Part shown: positions 18,980 to 27,114 of the stretch, in pieces | Layout of the letters: each line of letters starts with the position of its first letter | Numbering within the stretch: position 1 is the first letter of the stretch | From: an uncultured virus (IMG/VR IMGVR_UViG_3300020367_000005) | Taxonomy: Duplodnaviria; Heunggongvirae; Uroviricota; Caudoviricetes; Kyanoviridae | IMG/VR virus record: IMGVR_UViG_3300020367_000005 | Length of the DNA: 64,000 nt | Direction: 5' to 3' (one strand) | Made by a program: the position numbers and the translations under genes | The notes under the pieces: generated by a model | Told to the model about the DNA's origin: nothing | Database searches by the model: none | The model's input: the letters and a program-made list of their open reading frames with translations, nothing else

Positions 18980-19153
18980 CTATTTAGGCCAATGACCATC
19001 CATCTTTGAGCGATGCTCATTGACAGCAGTCTTTATGGCACGTCTGAGGAACTTAGACACGTTAATATCGTAGTCCTCCTTGAGTTGTTGGAGATCCTCC
19101 AGGATATATAACTCTTCTTTAGGAAAAGTTACAGTAACCTGTCGTTTATCCAT
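18980..19153 (-). CDS. Putative ribbon-helix-helix DNA-binding protein (57 aa)
   Basis: MDKRQVTVTFPKEELYILEDLQQLKEDYDINVSKFLRRAIK...; strand-helix-NVSxxxR-helix pattern. Confidence 0.55.
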   Translation of the reverse strand: MDKRQVTVTFPKEELYILEDLQQLKEDYDINVSKFLRRAIKTAVNEHRSKMDGHWPK

Positions 19154-19511
19154 TTTCAACTCCCTGCTCCTTTAGTTCTTGTCTCCATGTACGTAGCTTC
19201 TGCTCCATACTATCAAGGACAACCATAAGATTCATACCAGTACTATACTGCTGATCGCTCATTATGTCAATCCTTTCTTTAATTGCTTTAGCACTGTCAT
19301 CATCCTGTAACTCGTTTGCAGCTAATTGTAACCGTGCATAGAATACTTTCTGCTTTGCTACTAACTCTAATGTCTTCTCAATATGGTCTAGTCTCTCTGA
19401 TGGAGAAAATTCCTTGAGTCCAGATGACATCTTCAAGAGTTCAGTATAACATGCTTGAATCTCTTCCAATTCTTCCTGCACTACTTCTGATTTAAAAAAG
19501 TCGTCCTTCAT
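19146..19511 (-). CDS. DUF1825-like protein
   Basis: FFKSEVVQEE...KQKVFYARLQL. Confidence 0.7.
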   Translation of the reverse strand: MKDDFFKSEVVQEELEEIQACYTELLKMSSGLKEFSPSERLDHIEKTLELVAKQKVFYARLQLAANELQDDDSAKAIKERIDIMSDQQYSTGMNLMVVLDSMEQKLRTWRQELKEQGVENG

Positions 19512-19753
19512 AGGTTTAAAATGCCTCTACTTGTCCGTTTAATATAATTAAGTTGCTGTGCGTCCCATTTAATCTTATCTTTTAGAGGTTTAGATATCAG
19601 TTTACCAACTGTAGTTACCTCTATATCAAACTCTTCGCACACAGAAGCTACTGCTTCAATATAATTGATTAGTCCGTTGCTTGCTTTATGTCTGTCCTCT
19701 ACAAGCGAAGTAAACTTCCCCTGTGTCATAAACTTATCCTCTATCTCTTTCAT
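19508..19753 (-). CDS. gp33: Late-promoter transcription coactivator
   Basis: NYIEAVASVCEEFDIE...LISKPLKDKIKWDAQQLNY. Confidence 0.9.
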   Translation of the reverse strand: MKEIEDKFMTQGKFTSLVEDRHKASNGLINYIEAVASVCEEFDIEVTTVGKLISKPLKDKIKWDAQQLNYIKRTSRGILNL

Positions 19754-20379
19754 TGTATAACTTTAACGTTTAGGTGGGATACTCCACTTGCATTAATTAG
19801 TCCTGTGGGGAACCAATTTGCTGCTATGGTTATTCTATCATCTTTAGATGTATTTGGCAATGCTCTGTGTTGTATAGCAGGTGGAAATACAATAAACTTA
19901 CCTGCTTCGGTAGGTTCATTGTGGACTAGGTTGTATTTCTCCTCTGTCCATGCACCGCAAGGCCATATATTAGAGTAGTGAAACCATGGATTAGGATGCA
20001 CCCAATGTGTTACGTCATTGTAATCACCTGATGCGTAATAGTTACTGGACATAAAACAATTTGAATGAGTGTGGTCAAAGAACCACTCCCCAGTCTTATT
20101 TAGATTAGCCCATGCAGAATTACACACCATATTTGTAGTGATACCCATATCTTCCTCGATTTCGGCCATGCAGTCTTGCATCCAGTCGAAAAGATCCTTG
20201 AGGTCAGGTATATTATAGAGGTCACTGCCTCCTACACCATCCAAAGGTACCCCATCCCAAATCCAGTTGGTGTCATTGTGTCTGTAGCTAAGACCCTTAA
20301 GGGTCTGTAGCACACCATCTCTCTTCTCCTCAGGGTAGTAGAACTTATAGAATGGTACGCTTAGGACATCACTCTTCAT
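19750..20379 (-). CDS. 2OG-Fe(II) oxygenase-like protein (TIGR02466-like)
   Basis: AWAN...HTHSNC...FPPAIQH...RITIAAN. Confidence 0.8.
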   Translation of the reverse strand: MKSDVLSVPFYKFYYPEEKRDGVLQTLKGLSYRHNDTNWIWDGVPLDGVGGSDLYNIPDLKDLFDWMQDCMAEIEEDMGITTNMVCNSAWANLNKTGEWFFDHTHSNCFMSSNYYASGDYNDVTHWVHPNPWFHYSNIWPCGAWTEEKYNLVHNEPTEAGKFIVFPPAIQHRALPNTSKDDRITIAANWFPTGLINASGVSHLNVKVIQ

Positions 20380-20554
20380 CTACACTCTCTAACTCTTCTA
20401 TAGAATCAACTGGTACCTCATGTCCACCAATATTATACCAATGCTGTGGGATACCAATGCTATCTTCTTTAACACCCAAGTATTCCAAATCACTGAAGGT
20501 ATTCTCTCGTAGCATTGCTTGAAGTCTATAGTGTATCAGTTCCGATTTCTTCAT
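20369..20554 (-). CDS. Hypothetical protein
   Basis: ORF track; overlaps neighbours. Confidence 0.65.
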   Translation of the reverse strand: MKKSELIHYRLQAMLRENTFSDLEYLGVKEDSIGIPQHWYNIGGHEVPVDSIEELESVDEE

Positions 20555-21200
20555 GGTATAATTTAATCCAATCTATGAGGGTATCTATGTAAGGTATCTT
20601 ATCATATTTCTGCACTACCTGAGTAGTACCATCTTCAGCAACAGATAAGGTAACAAGTTTATCTACCTCCACACCTGTCATCTCATAATACATGTAAGCA
20701 TATGCTGCTTCTTGCACAAAGAATTTATCTAAGTGCTCTTCTTTCTTAAGATTCTTTGTTGTCTTGAAATCTATAATAGCAAGTTCAGAATCAAAGCTGG
20801 CAATGCAATCAACACGGCCAGCAATACCCAAATTGCGAGAGAAAAGAGGGGCTTCAATAGCAACAACATCAGAAATCCTATCAAGAGTCTCACGAGCAGC
20901 CCTAAAAAGGTACTTGGGAAGACCTTCGCTTTCCTCAATTTTTTCCAATTCATTGTTAAGATAATGCTCCACTAAGTTATGGTACTGAGTGCCTCTCCAT
21001 GCTGACGCACGTCTGACCTTCTCTGCTTCAGCGAAACCAACTCGCTTCTGCCACTTCAGTATACCATCTTTAGTTGCGTTTGACACAACCGTTGTGACAC
21101 TTGGCAACCAGGCACTATCTATCTTATAGAAACGACCAGAGTCCATGGTACGAGTCTGCAGTTCTTTTATGGGAACTGCTGGACCTATATGTTTAAACAT
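20526..21200 (-). CDS. PD-(D/E)XK exonuclease (Cas4/RecB-like)
   Basis: PSVTTV...RGTQYH...AGRVDC...IIDFKT...QEAAY. Confidence 0.85.
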   Translation of the reverse strand: MFKHIGPAVPIKELQTRTMDSGRFYKIDSAWLPSVTTVVSNATKDGILKWQKRVGFAEAEKVRRASAWRGTQYHNLVEHYLNNELEKIEESEGLPKYLFRAARETLDRISDVVAIEAPLFSRNLGIAGRVDCIASFDSELAIIDFKTTKNLKKEEHLDKFFVQEAAYAYMYYEMTGVEVDKLVTLSVAEDGTTQVVQKYDKIPYIDTLIDWIKLYHEEIGTDTL

Positions 21201-21964
21201 TAATCAAAACCCATATTAATTTTAGTTATCAGGTATTCTCGAATGAATCCTGACCTTACTATATCACTTATATCAAACTCGGTGCAACTAAATGCATCCA
21301 TTGACTGAGTAATCTTCATAAAGTCTAAGACTCCTGACCTTTCTTGTTGTTTTACTAGGTCAGACTGCATGTAGTCTCCTGAGAATATAATTCTACTATC
21401 CTGACCAACACGAGTGACAATACTGTCTAACTCATGGAAGTTTAGGTTAGAGAACTCATCTACTATTATAATGGCTCTGTCAAGTGTTATGCCACGCAAG
21501 AAAGAAGTAGACCAGAAGTCTATTGATCCTTGGTTTCTTAGGTTTTCATATAATACTTTGAATGCTCCTTCATCAGGCATGTTAAACATATATCGCACCA
21601 TGTTTTTATATGGTGTCTGATATAGGTTAGACTTGTCTTCCTCATCACCTGGTAGGAATCCGATCTCTCTTGTAGGGACAAGAGACCTAACAATATATAC
21701 TCTCTGGTATGGAGAAGATGGTTCTAATACTGCCTGTAGTGCTAGGTAGAGACTGATAAATGTCTTACCAGTACCTGCTGCACCATGTAATACAAGATTC
21801 TTTCCATCAGCAAACGCATTGAAGACATCTTGTTGATGGTCTGTCAATGGAGTTATAGTCCTGAGATGCTCAAGATTGATGGGCGGTTTCTTCTTCATTG
21901 CTCTTGATACGGTACCGTTTCCGTTACCATTACCGTTGCCGTTCTTCTTCTTACGTACTGGCAT
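21200..21964 (-). CDS. phoH: PhoH-family ATPase
   Basis: GAAGTGKT, IGFLPG, FLRGITL, GDYMQSD, DIVRS. Confidence 0.95.
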   Translation of the reverse strand: MPVRKKKNGNGNGNGNGTVSRAMKKKPPINLEHLRTITPLTDHQQDVFNAFADGKNLVLHGAAGTGKTFISLYLALQAVLEPSSPYQRVYIVRSLVPTREIGFLPGDEEDKSNLYQTPYKNMVRYMFNMPDEGAFKVLYENLRNQGSIDFWSTSFLRGITLDRAIIIVDEFSNLNFHELDSIVTRVGQDSRIIFSGDYMQSDLVKQQERSGVLDFMKITQSMDAFSCTEFDISDIVRSGFIREYLITKINMGFD

Positions 21965-21967
21965 AAT

Positions 21968-22198
21968 TTATGTGTACCTCGACAGGTTCGCAGTTGGATG
22001 TTTCTCTTGGACTTTACTCATTACTTCTTTAAATCCATCCGATTGTTTCGGATCTCCATATGTAACTCCACCAGTCCCTTTGGACCAGTCTTTATCCCAA
22101 TCGGGATTGTCCTTTCTCCACTCATCATAAGAAGATATAGACATGGAAAGTTCTTTAGTCTCCCCTGTTTTATTATTTATTACTGGATATGTTGGCAT
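21968..22198 (-). CDS. FmdB-like small protein
   Basis: MPTYPVINNKTGE...GFKEVMSKVQEKHP; start refined. Confidence 0.6.
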   Translation of the reverse strand: MPTYPVINNKTGETKELSMSISSYDEWRKDNPDWDKDWSKGTGGVTYGDPKQSDGFKEVMSKVQEKHPTANLSRYT

Positions 22199-22905
22199 TA
22201 GTCTATTCGTAAACAAGGTTGTGTGTCTCCCCATGTATCATCATAACTGCAATCACAGTCCTCTACATCAGGACACCATCCTAATGCTTTAGATATTGTA
22301 GGGAAGTTACAGATGAAGTGGTCTCGACATAGGTTTGCTACGTCCATGTGCTCCTTCTGTGTACCGTTAGCGGTACGTAACTGTATGTAGTGCATCCATG
22401 ACCTAGCACTGCCAGTCATGTAGATTCTAGTTGGTGTAGCTAGCGGGAGAACAAATCTCGCACACTCCTTCGCAACCCCCTCACGGAGTAATTCATTGTA
22501 TAGATCCATCCCTTCAGCAAAGTACTGAGAGATTCGGCCTTGTAAAAATGCCTTCGTCGTTTCTTGAATGTCATCGATGCTATTCTGTCTATTCTTGGTG
22601 TCCTGTCTTCGTAGCTCAGGTATCACTGGCTTCTCAAGTAGGTTAGCATCAGCATATCTCTGACTAAACTCTTGGAATGTGAATGACCTATGCCTCAGTA
22701 TCTGTGCTGCAATACCACGTGTCGTATTAATCTCCAACGTCATGTGTGCTTGCTCAAAGATGGACCAATGTCCATGCTCAATACAATACGCTAGTAGTCC
22801 TGCTACCTTAGGGTTGTCTTGATTGTTTGGATTAGATACTCTTGCAACATATCCTATAGTTTTCTCCGCATCGGGAGTCACACTCACTAAACATACTTTA
22901 GTCAT
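22198..22905 (-). CDS. thyX: Flavin-dependent thymidylate synthase
   Basis: HWSIFEQ and QILRHRSFTFQEFSQRY (ThyX motif). Confidence 0.96.
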   Translation of the reverse strand: MTKVCLVSVTPDAEKTIGYVARVSNPNNQDNPKVAGLLAYCIEHGHWSIFEQAHMTLEINTTRGIAAQILRHRSFTFQEFSQRYADANLLEKPVIPELRRQDTKNRQNSIDDIQETTKAFLQGRISQYFAEGMDLYNELLREGVAKECARFVLPLATPTRIYMTGSARSWMHYIQLRTANGTQKEHMDVANLCRDHFICNFPTISKALGWCPDVEDCDCSYDDTWGDTQPCLRID

Positions 22906-23549
22906 TCTTTTTCAGTAGTAGGAACTATATTAGCACTGATAGTAAACAATTCATTTGCAGTATTACTATCATAACCGAAGGTTAAATTAGCAGGGAAGGT
23001 TATAATATCACCTTCACTCATATTAAATGTAGCTTCTGTCATATTATATGGAGTAATCTGACTAGAATCTACCTGCATTATAGGATAATGATTTGACCCT
23101 ACATTCTTTCTCCACTTATAACTGCTGTGTTTATTCTGGTCAAAGTTAACAAGGTAGATTGAATGATACAAACAGTTTGATACCTCATGGGGTGCATAGA
23201 TTGCTCCCTCTTGTGCTATCTCTAAGTATGATTCATTAACACCTAGGTTAAACTTATAGTGCATAGAGTTGTCATTGTGTAGGACAACAGCACTTTCAAA
23301 TGCAGCTGCAACATCAGGTAAATCTCTCAATAGTTTATTATTTTCTCCTACCTGCACTACATTGTGTGTGATACTTTCTCTGCCAGATTTCTTAAGTATC
23401 TCATTGTCCTTCATCCATAGAAGTATCTCCTTCTTCAACTCTTCATGGTTAGGTACTGAGAATTTACTAACAGGTGTTGGGAATAAACCATACGTCTCAT
23501 TAGTTATCTTATCTTCTAACTTGTCACTCAATGGATGTGAATTAGTCAT
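22902..23549 (-). CDS. Divergent TIGR02466-like oxygenase-fold protein lacking His ligands
   Basis: LFPTPV start and EGDIITFP, but HEV/TFG where HxH and the distal His are expected. Confidence 0.55.
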   Translation of the reverse strand: MTNSHPLSDKLEDKITNETYGLFPTPVSKFSVPNHEELKKEILLWMKDNEILKKSGRESITHNVVQVGENNKLLRDLPDVAAAFESAVVLHNDNSMHYKFNLGVNESYLEIAQEGAIYAPHEVSNCLYHSIYLVNFDQNKHSSYKWRKNVGSNHYPIMQVDSSQITPYNMTEATFNMSEGDIITFPANLTFGYDSNTANELFTISANIVPTTEKE

Positions 23550-23787
23550 GTGTCTTCAATAATAGTTTAGCGATTACATACAAACCTAGTGCACTAAAGT
23601 ATGTCAATGTAGGTAAGGCAAAGATGCCTGGTATGACTGCATTCCATACTAGCATAAGAACCAGTGGTACTACTGTTAAGTTAGCAACTGCTGTCACAAC
23701 TGATTTCCCCAACTCATAATTCTTTTCCTCTTCTGTCATTTCCTCAGGAGATTTCTTAGGTTTCCTAGGGTCAAAGTATACTGTCAT
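23542..23787 (-). CDS. Small membrane protein
   Basis: Two hydrophobic segments. Confidence 0.65.
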   Translation of the reverse strand: MTVYFDPRKPKKSPEEMTEEEKNYELGKSVVTAVANLTVVPLVLMLVWNAVIPGIFALPTLTYFSALGLYVIAKLLLKTHD

Positions 23788-24329
23788 TCTATTATATCCT
23801 CCAATTTAAACAGGGATACAAACTCTATCTTATTGTGCTCCCATATCTTATGGTCTTCCATCCTATCAACGATAGCAACCACCTTGTTAACCGTATAACC
23901 CGCACCTCTTAGTATATTTACTGCCTTCATAGCACTACCACCTGTGGTAGTTACATCCTCTAATACCGTAATGACCGCACCTTTCTCAGGTTTCGGACCT
24001 TCAATTACTTCTTTAGTCCCATGGTCTTTAGGATTCTTTCTAATAATAAGGGCATCGATGTGTCCTCCTCTATAGAATGCTCTCTGTGCTACACCCACAA
24101 CCAATGGGTCACCACCTAGAGTAAGACCAGCTACTGCTGACGATCCTTCGTCTAACTTCTTTACCATCAAGGTAGATAGAAGTGCGTTACCTTCACATGA
24201 TAATGTGACAGGTTTACAATTAATATAATGCTCAGTCTCCTTACCAGATGATAGTTTGAAGTTACCCTTCTTGTATGCTAACTCCTTGAGAAGTTTGAGT
24301 AGTGATGCTTTATACGTTGGGTCTGTCAT
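23784..24329 (-). CDS. pyrE: Orotate phosphoribosyltransferase
   Basis: FKLSSGK...YINCK; PRPP loop VLEDVTTTGGS. Confidence 0.95.
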   Translation of the reverse strand: MTDPTYKASLLKLLKELAYKKGNFKLSSGKETEHYINCKPVTLSCEGNALLSTLMVKKLDEGSSAVAGLTLGGDPLVVGVAQRAFYRGGHIDALIIRKNPKDHGTKEVIEGPKPEKGAVITVLEDVTTTGGSAMKAVNILRGAGYTVNKVVAIVDRMEDHKIWEHNKIEFVSLFKLEDIIE

Positions 24330-24637
24330 TTTTTACTCTTCTTAGGTTTCTTTGCTGCTGAGGGATTAGTATACATCCCTGGAGATCTTGTGCCCTTAGT
24401 GTAGGACATCTTTTTAATGACATCACCTAGCATGTCATAGTATGTGTCAAATATATCAACTGAGTTACCCATAACAAGATCAAACCAAGTCTCACCGTCC
24501 TTTGCTAACTCCATTAGATACGCATTAGTTGGTAACGTCTTATCGTTAGCAGCATCAGGTGAGATACCAGATTTAATAACGGAACACCCTAAACCTTTAG
24601 AGTTTACCTCAGCAATCTGCTCATCAGTTAATTTCAT
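24326..24637 (-). CDS. Hypothetical protein
   Basis: ORF track; coupled to neighbours. Confidence 0.7.
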   Translation of the reverse strand: MKLTDEQIAEVNSKGLGCSVIKSGISPDAANDKTLPTNAYLMELAKDGETWFDLVMGNSVDIFDTYYDMLGDVIKKMSYTKGTRSPGMYTNPSAAKKPKKSKK

Positions 24638-24639
24638 TG

Positions 24640-25095
24640 TTATACCACAGCATATGTTTTACCTCTACCACCCCATTCAATAGAAGGAAATGCTTCCTTG
24701 ACTACTGCATGTGTAATACGGTATTTCTTATGAAGTGTCTTGTTGATTGCTTTAATTACTACCTGTGCTTCATCATCATGGAGTCCTTCAAGTAGTCTGA
24801 TAAACATACCCTCTATCTTCATAGTAGATACATTATCTGCACCACCTACAAAGTAATAGTATAGTTTAGTTGCTTCTTTCTCTAACAATGTATGCTCTGT
24901 GCCCTTAGGTGCATCGTTCTTACGATAAGGTACGTCCTCACCTAATGGAACACGTGCCTCTAAACTATCATCAAAATTGATAACAAATATTGACCTGAGT
25001 GCAGGAGTATTATTGTCTTGTAATATTTTTATCTTTTGTGCCTTCGTCTTTGCATTATGTGCCTTCTGAAGTACCTCAGAAATCATTAATTTCAT
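24640..25095 (-). CDS. Conserved T4-like marine phage protein
   Basis: LMISEVLQK...MFIRLLEGLH...VVKEAFP. Confidence 0.7.
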   Translation of the reverse strand: MKLMISEVLQKAHNAKTKAQKIKILQDNNTPALRSIFVINFDDSLEARVPLGEDVPYRKNDAPKGTEHTLLEKEATKLYYYFVGGADNVSTMKIEGMFIRLLEGLHDDEAQVVIKAINKTLHKKYRITHAVVKEAFPSIEWGGRGKTYAVV

Positions 25096-25098
25096 AAC

Positions 25099-25338
25099 TT
25101 ATTCGTCGTCATCATCAAGTATATCATCTTCGTTGTGAATACGCAAGTATATCAACTCGGAAGGTTCTACTGGTCCATCTTCACCTTGCATCTCTGGGTG
25201 CATCACTACTTCAGCGTAGTCTGCTTTAGCGACCCAAGTATCGAAGACTTCCTTTAGGTTCCATGATAGCATGAAACCCAAGAAAAAACTACCTATAGTT
25301 AGAAAGAATGCAATGTACAAAAATGAAACATCTGCCAT
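25099..25338 (-). CDS. Small membrane protein (DUF2973-like)
   Basis: N-terminal TM helix, MHPEM motif, acidic tail. Confidence 0.55.
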   Translation of the reverse strand: MADVSFLYIAFFLTIGSFFLGFMLSWNLKEVFDTWVAKADYAEVVMHPEMQGEDGPVEPSELIYLRIHNEDDILDDDDE

Positions 25339-25363
25339 AAGATTTCTCCCTTACTATTTTTTT

Positions 25364-25720
25364 TTATTTAGTAGACTTTTTACGAGGTCTACCAGGTTTA
25401 CGAGTATCATAGTATACTTCTGCATCTTTGACAAGTGTATCAAAGTAATTCCTAATCTTTCTCGCTTGTGGTTTGGGTAAGTGTGTGTATGCTTCAGACA
25501 TATACTTATCCCTTGCAATGTATTGAGACAACTCGGTCACTGCTTGTTTCAACTCACCCATTGAACTTGATTCAATTAATTCACCTGTTTGTTTGCGTGT
25601 CCACTTGTTACCAGTAAGATACGACTTCATATTAAGTAGGAATCTACCATTGAACATTGCTTCGTCGATTGCTCTGTCAATAATAGTATAAAGTTCCTCA
25701 GGGTTAGCGTCACTCATCAT
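25364..25720 (-). CDS. Hypothetical protein
   Basis: ORF track; coupled to nrdC. Confidence 0.7.
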   Translation of the reverse strand: MMSDANPEELYTIIDRAIDEAMFNGRFLLNMKSYLTGNKWTRKQTGELIESSSMGELKQAVTELSQYIARDKYMSEAYTHLPKPQARKIRNYFDTLVKDAEVYYDTRKPGRPRKKSTK

Positions 25721-25971
25721 ACGTACTTGTTTTCTCGGAGGTATTTAACAGTTTCTGTGCAACCACCCATCTTTTGTCCTGAGATGATTACTTGAGGGAA
25801 TGTAGCCTGTTGTCCAAACTCATTCTTAAACTGCTCTCTAGTAAAGTTAACATTTAATTTGTATTCTGCATAGCCCCACCCCTTAGATTTGTAAACTTCC
25901 TTAATCTTTGTGCAGTAGGGACAACCTTCTCTAGTATAGATGGCGGTGTTACCAGGATTCTTTTCGGCCAT
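25717..25971 (-). CDS. nrdC: Glutaredoxin
   Basis: CPYC, TFPQV and GGC motifs. Confidence 0.93.
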   Translation of the reverse strand: MAEKNPGNTAIYTREGCPYCTKIKEVYKSKGWGYAEYKLNVNFTREQFKNEFGQQATFPQVIISGQKMGGCTETVKYLRENKYV

Positions 25972-25990
25972 AGTATTATAAGTGGGAAAG

Positions 25991-26018
25991 AAAAAAGGGT
26001 CACTCTGTGACCCTTTTT
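25991..26018. terminator. Intrinsic terminator (bidirectional)
   Basis: AAAAAAGGGTCAC-TCT-GTGACCCTTTTT. Confidence 0.8.
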
Positions 26019-26041
26019 ATTTAGTTTGTATCGAGTTTAAC

Positions 26042-26398
26042 TTAGAAAGTAAACTTAACTCCTGCTTTAGCACCCCAGTCGATGTCATCTTCGTTAGTTG
26101 TTCCAGAGATTTCTCCGTAGAACTTATCGTAAGATCCACCAAGGTAACCTACTAATTCAACGTCACCGAAGTCATCTGTTGACTCACTGTGAGTTACTGT
26201 AGGACCACCAGAAACATACCAACCAAGACCACTAGGTGTCTCACCTTCGTATCCGATTACTGTTTCGATTGTACCAGATGTGTATGCTCCGTCTGGATAT
26301 GAACCTGTTGCTTCTACATTCACATAAGGACCAGCAAAAGCGGCTCCAGAGAGTAGTAGAGGTGATGCAGCAAGAGCTGCGATTGTTGATTTAATCAT
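26042..26398 (-). CDS. Small outer-membrane beta-barrel-like protein
   Basis: Signal peptide ending AFA, alternating beta-strands, C-terminal AGVKFTF (BamA-type terminal Phe). Confidence 0.7.
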   Translation of the reverse strand: MIKSTIAALAASPLLLSGAAFAGPYVNVEATGSYPDGAYTSGTIETVIGYEGETPSGLGWYVSGGPTVTHSESTDDFGDVELVGYLGGSYDKFYGEISGTTNEDDIDWGAKAGVKFTF

Positions 26399-26411
26399 TT
26401 TTGATTTTAAG

Positions 26412-26511
26412 TGTCTCGCAAGGATACTAAAAGACCCTGCGGATGATAGACTGCCCCGACATGGGAGTCTTTTTTGTCCAACACAGGGTTACGATCTTTC
26501 GAGTCCTTTGT
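26412..26511 (-). ncRNA. Multi-stem structured 5' leader, family unidentified
   Basis: Nested pairings AAGGA/UCCUU, AAAGA/UCUUU, ACCCUGUG/CGCAGGGU, AGACU/AGUCU, CCC/GGG. Confidence 0.5.
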
Positions 26512-26518
26512 TAAGAAG

Positions 26519-26553
26519 TATTTATACTAACACACCTTTCGGTTATCCGTCAA
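26519..26553 (-). promoter_or_regulatory. Overlapping sigma70-like and late promoters
   Basis: TTGACG-18 nt-TAGTAT overlapping TATAAATA (26526-26519). Confidence 0.55.
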
Positions 26554-26768
26554 CCCCCTTGTGACAGTTCCCGAATCGGGACCATTCTAATGAATTGTTC
26601 ATTCATATTATAGAACAACTTATAGTTGTCAGTTGTGAGGTAGTATCCTTTTATATCGTTACCATCGCAATGGTATCCATAACCTCTTAGTCTTTCATTC
26701 ACTCCATCAATACGCAATGTCTTGCCTAGTTCTAAGTAGTGGTGAAATTTTTCATCGAGGTTAATCAT
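26550..26768 (-). CDS. Hypothetical protein
   Basis: ORF track. Confidence 0.7.
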   Translation of the reverse strand: MINLDEKFHHYLELGKTLRIDGVNERLRGYGYHCDGNDIKGYYLTTDNYKLFYNMNEQFIRMVPIRELSQGG

Positions 26769-27114
26769 CTCTCTTGTCTGTTTTTGTCATCATAGCACGT
26801 AACTCCTGCTCTTGGTCATCTGTTAGGACAGTTTCTGGATCGGCCTCACCCTCTTCTTTTCTTGGGTCAATATATTCGGCCATCAGTTTCAAATTGTCCT
26901 GCAAATCTTCTGGGGGTGTCCAACTATCACCCTTCGGTTTGTATTCCAATGACTTCACTTCGGCAAGGGGACTCCTCCAATACTTCTGCATCTTCTTGAG
27001 CATCTTCTTCTTACCCTTAGGGTCATCCTTATACTTCTCGATGATTCTCTTAAGTGTCCTTAACTCTTTAGATGATTTCTCTAACGACCTCTCTGCTGCA
27101 AAACCATTTGACAT
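26761..27114 (-). CDS. Hypothetical protein
   Basis: ORF track. Confidence 0.65.
   Translation of the reverse strand: MSNGFAAERSLEKSSKELRTLKRIIEKYKDDPKGKKKMLKKMQKYWRSPLAEVKSLEYKPKGDSWTPPEDLQDNLKLMAEYIDPRKEEGEADPETVLTDDQEQELRAMMTKTDKRDD

Noticed and set aside
20526..21200. Cas4-like nuclease as evidence of a CRISPR system
   Set aside because: No repeat-spacer array or other cas genes in the window; a stand-alone exonuclease next to phoH is ordinary in these phages
21912..21943. Asn-Gly repeat at the PhoH N-terminus as a contingency (phase-variable) repeat
   Set aside because: Codons vary (AAC GGC, AAC GGT, AAT GGT, AAC GGA), so it is a low-complexity protein linker rather than a perfect DNA repeat
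25356..25365. T10 run as a slippage or frameshift site
   Set aside because: It lies at and after the stop of 25364-25720, next to a late-promoter-like CTAAATA, and joins no reading frames
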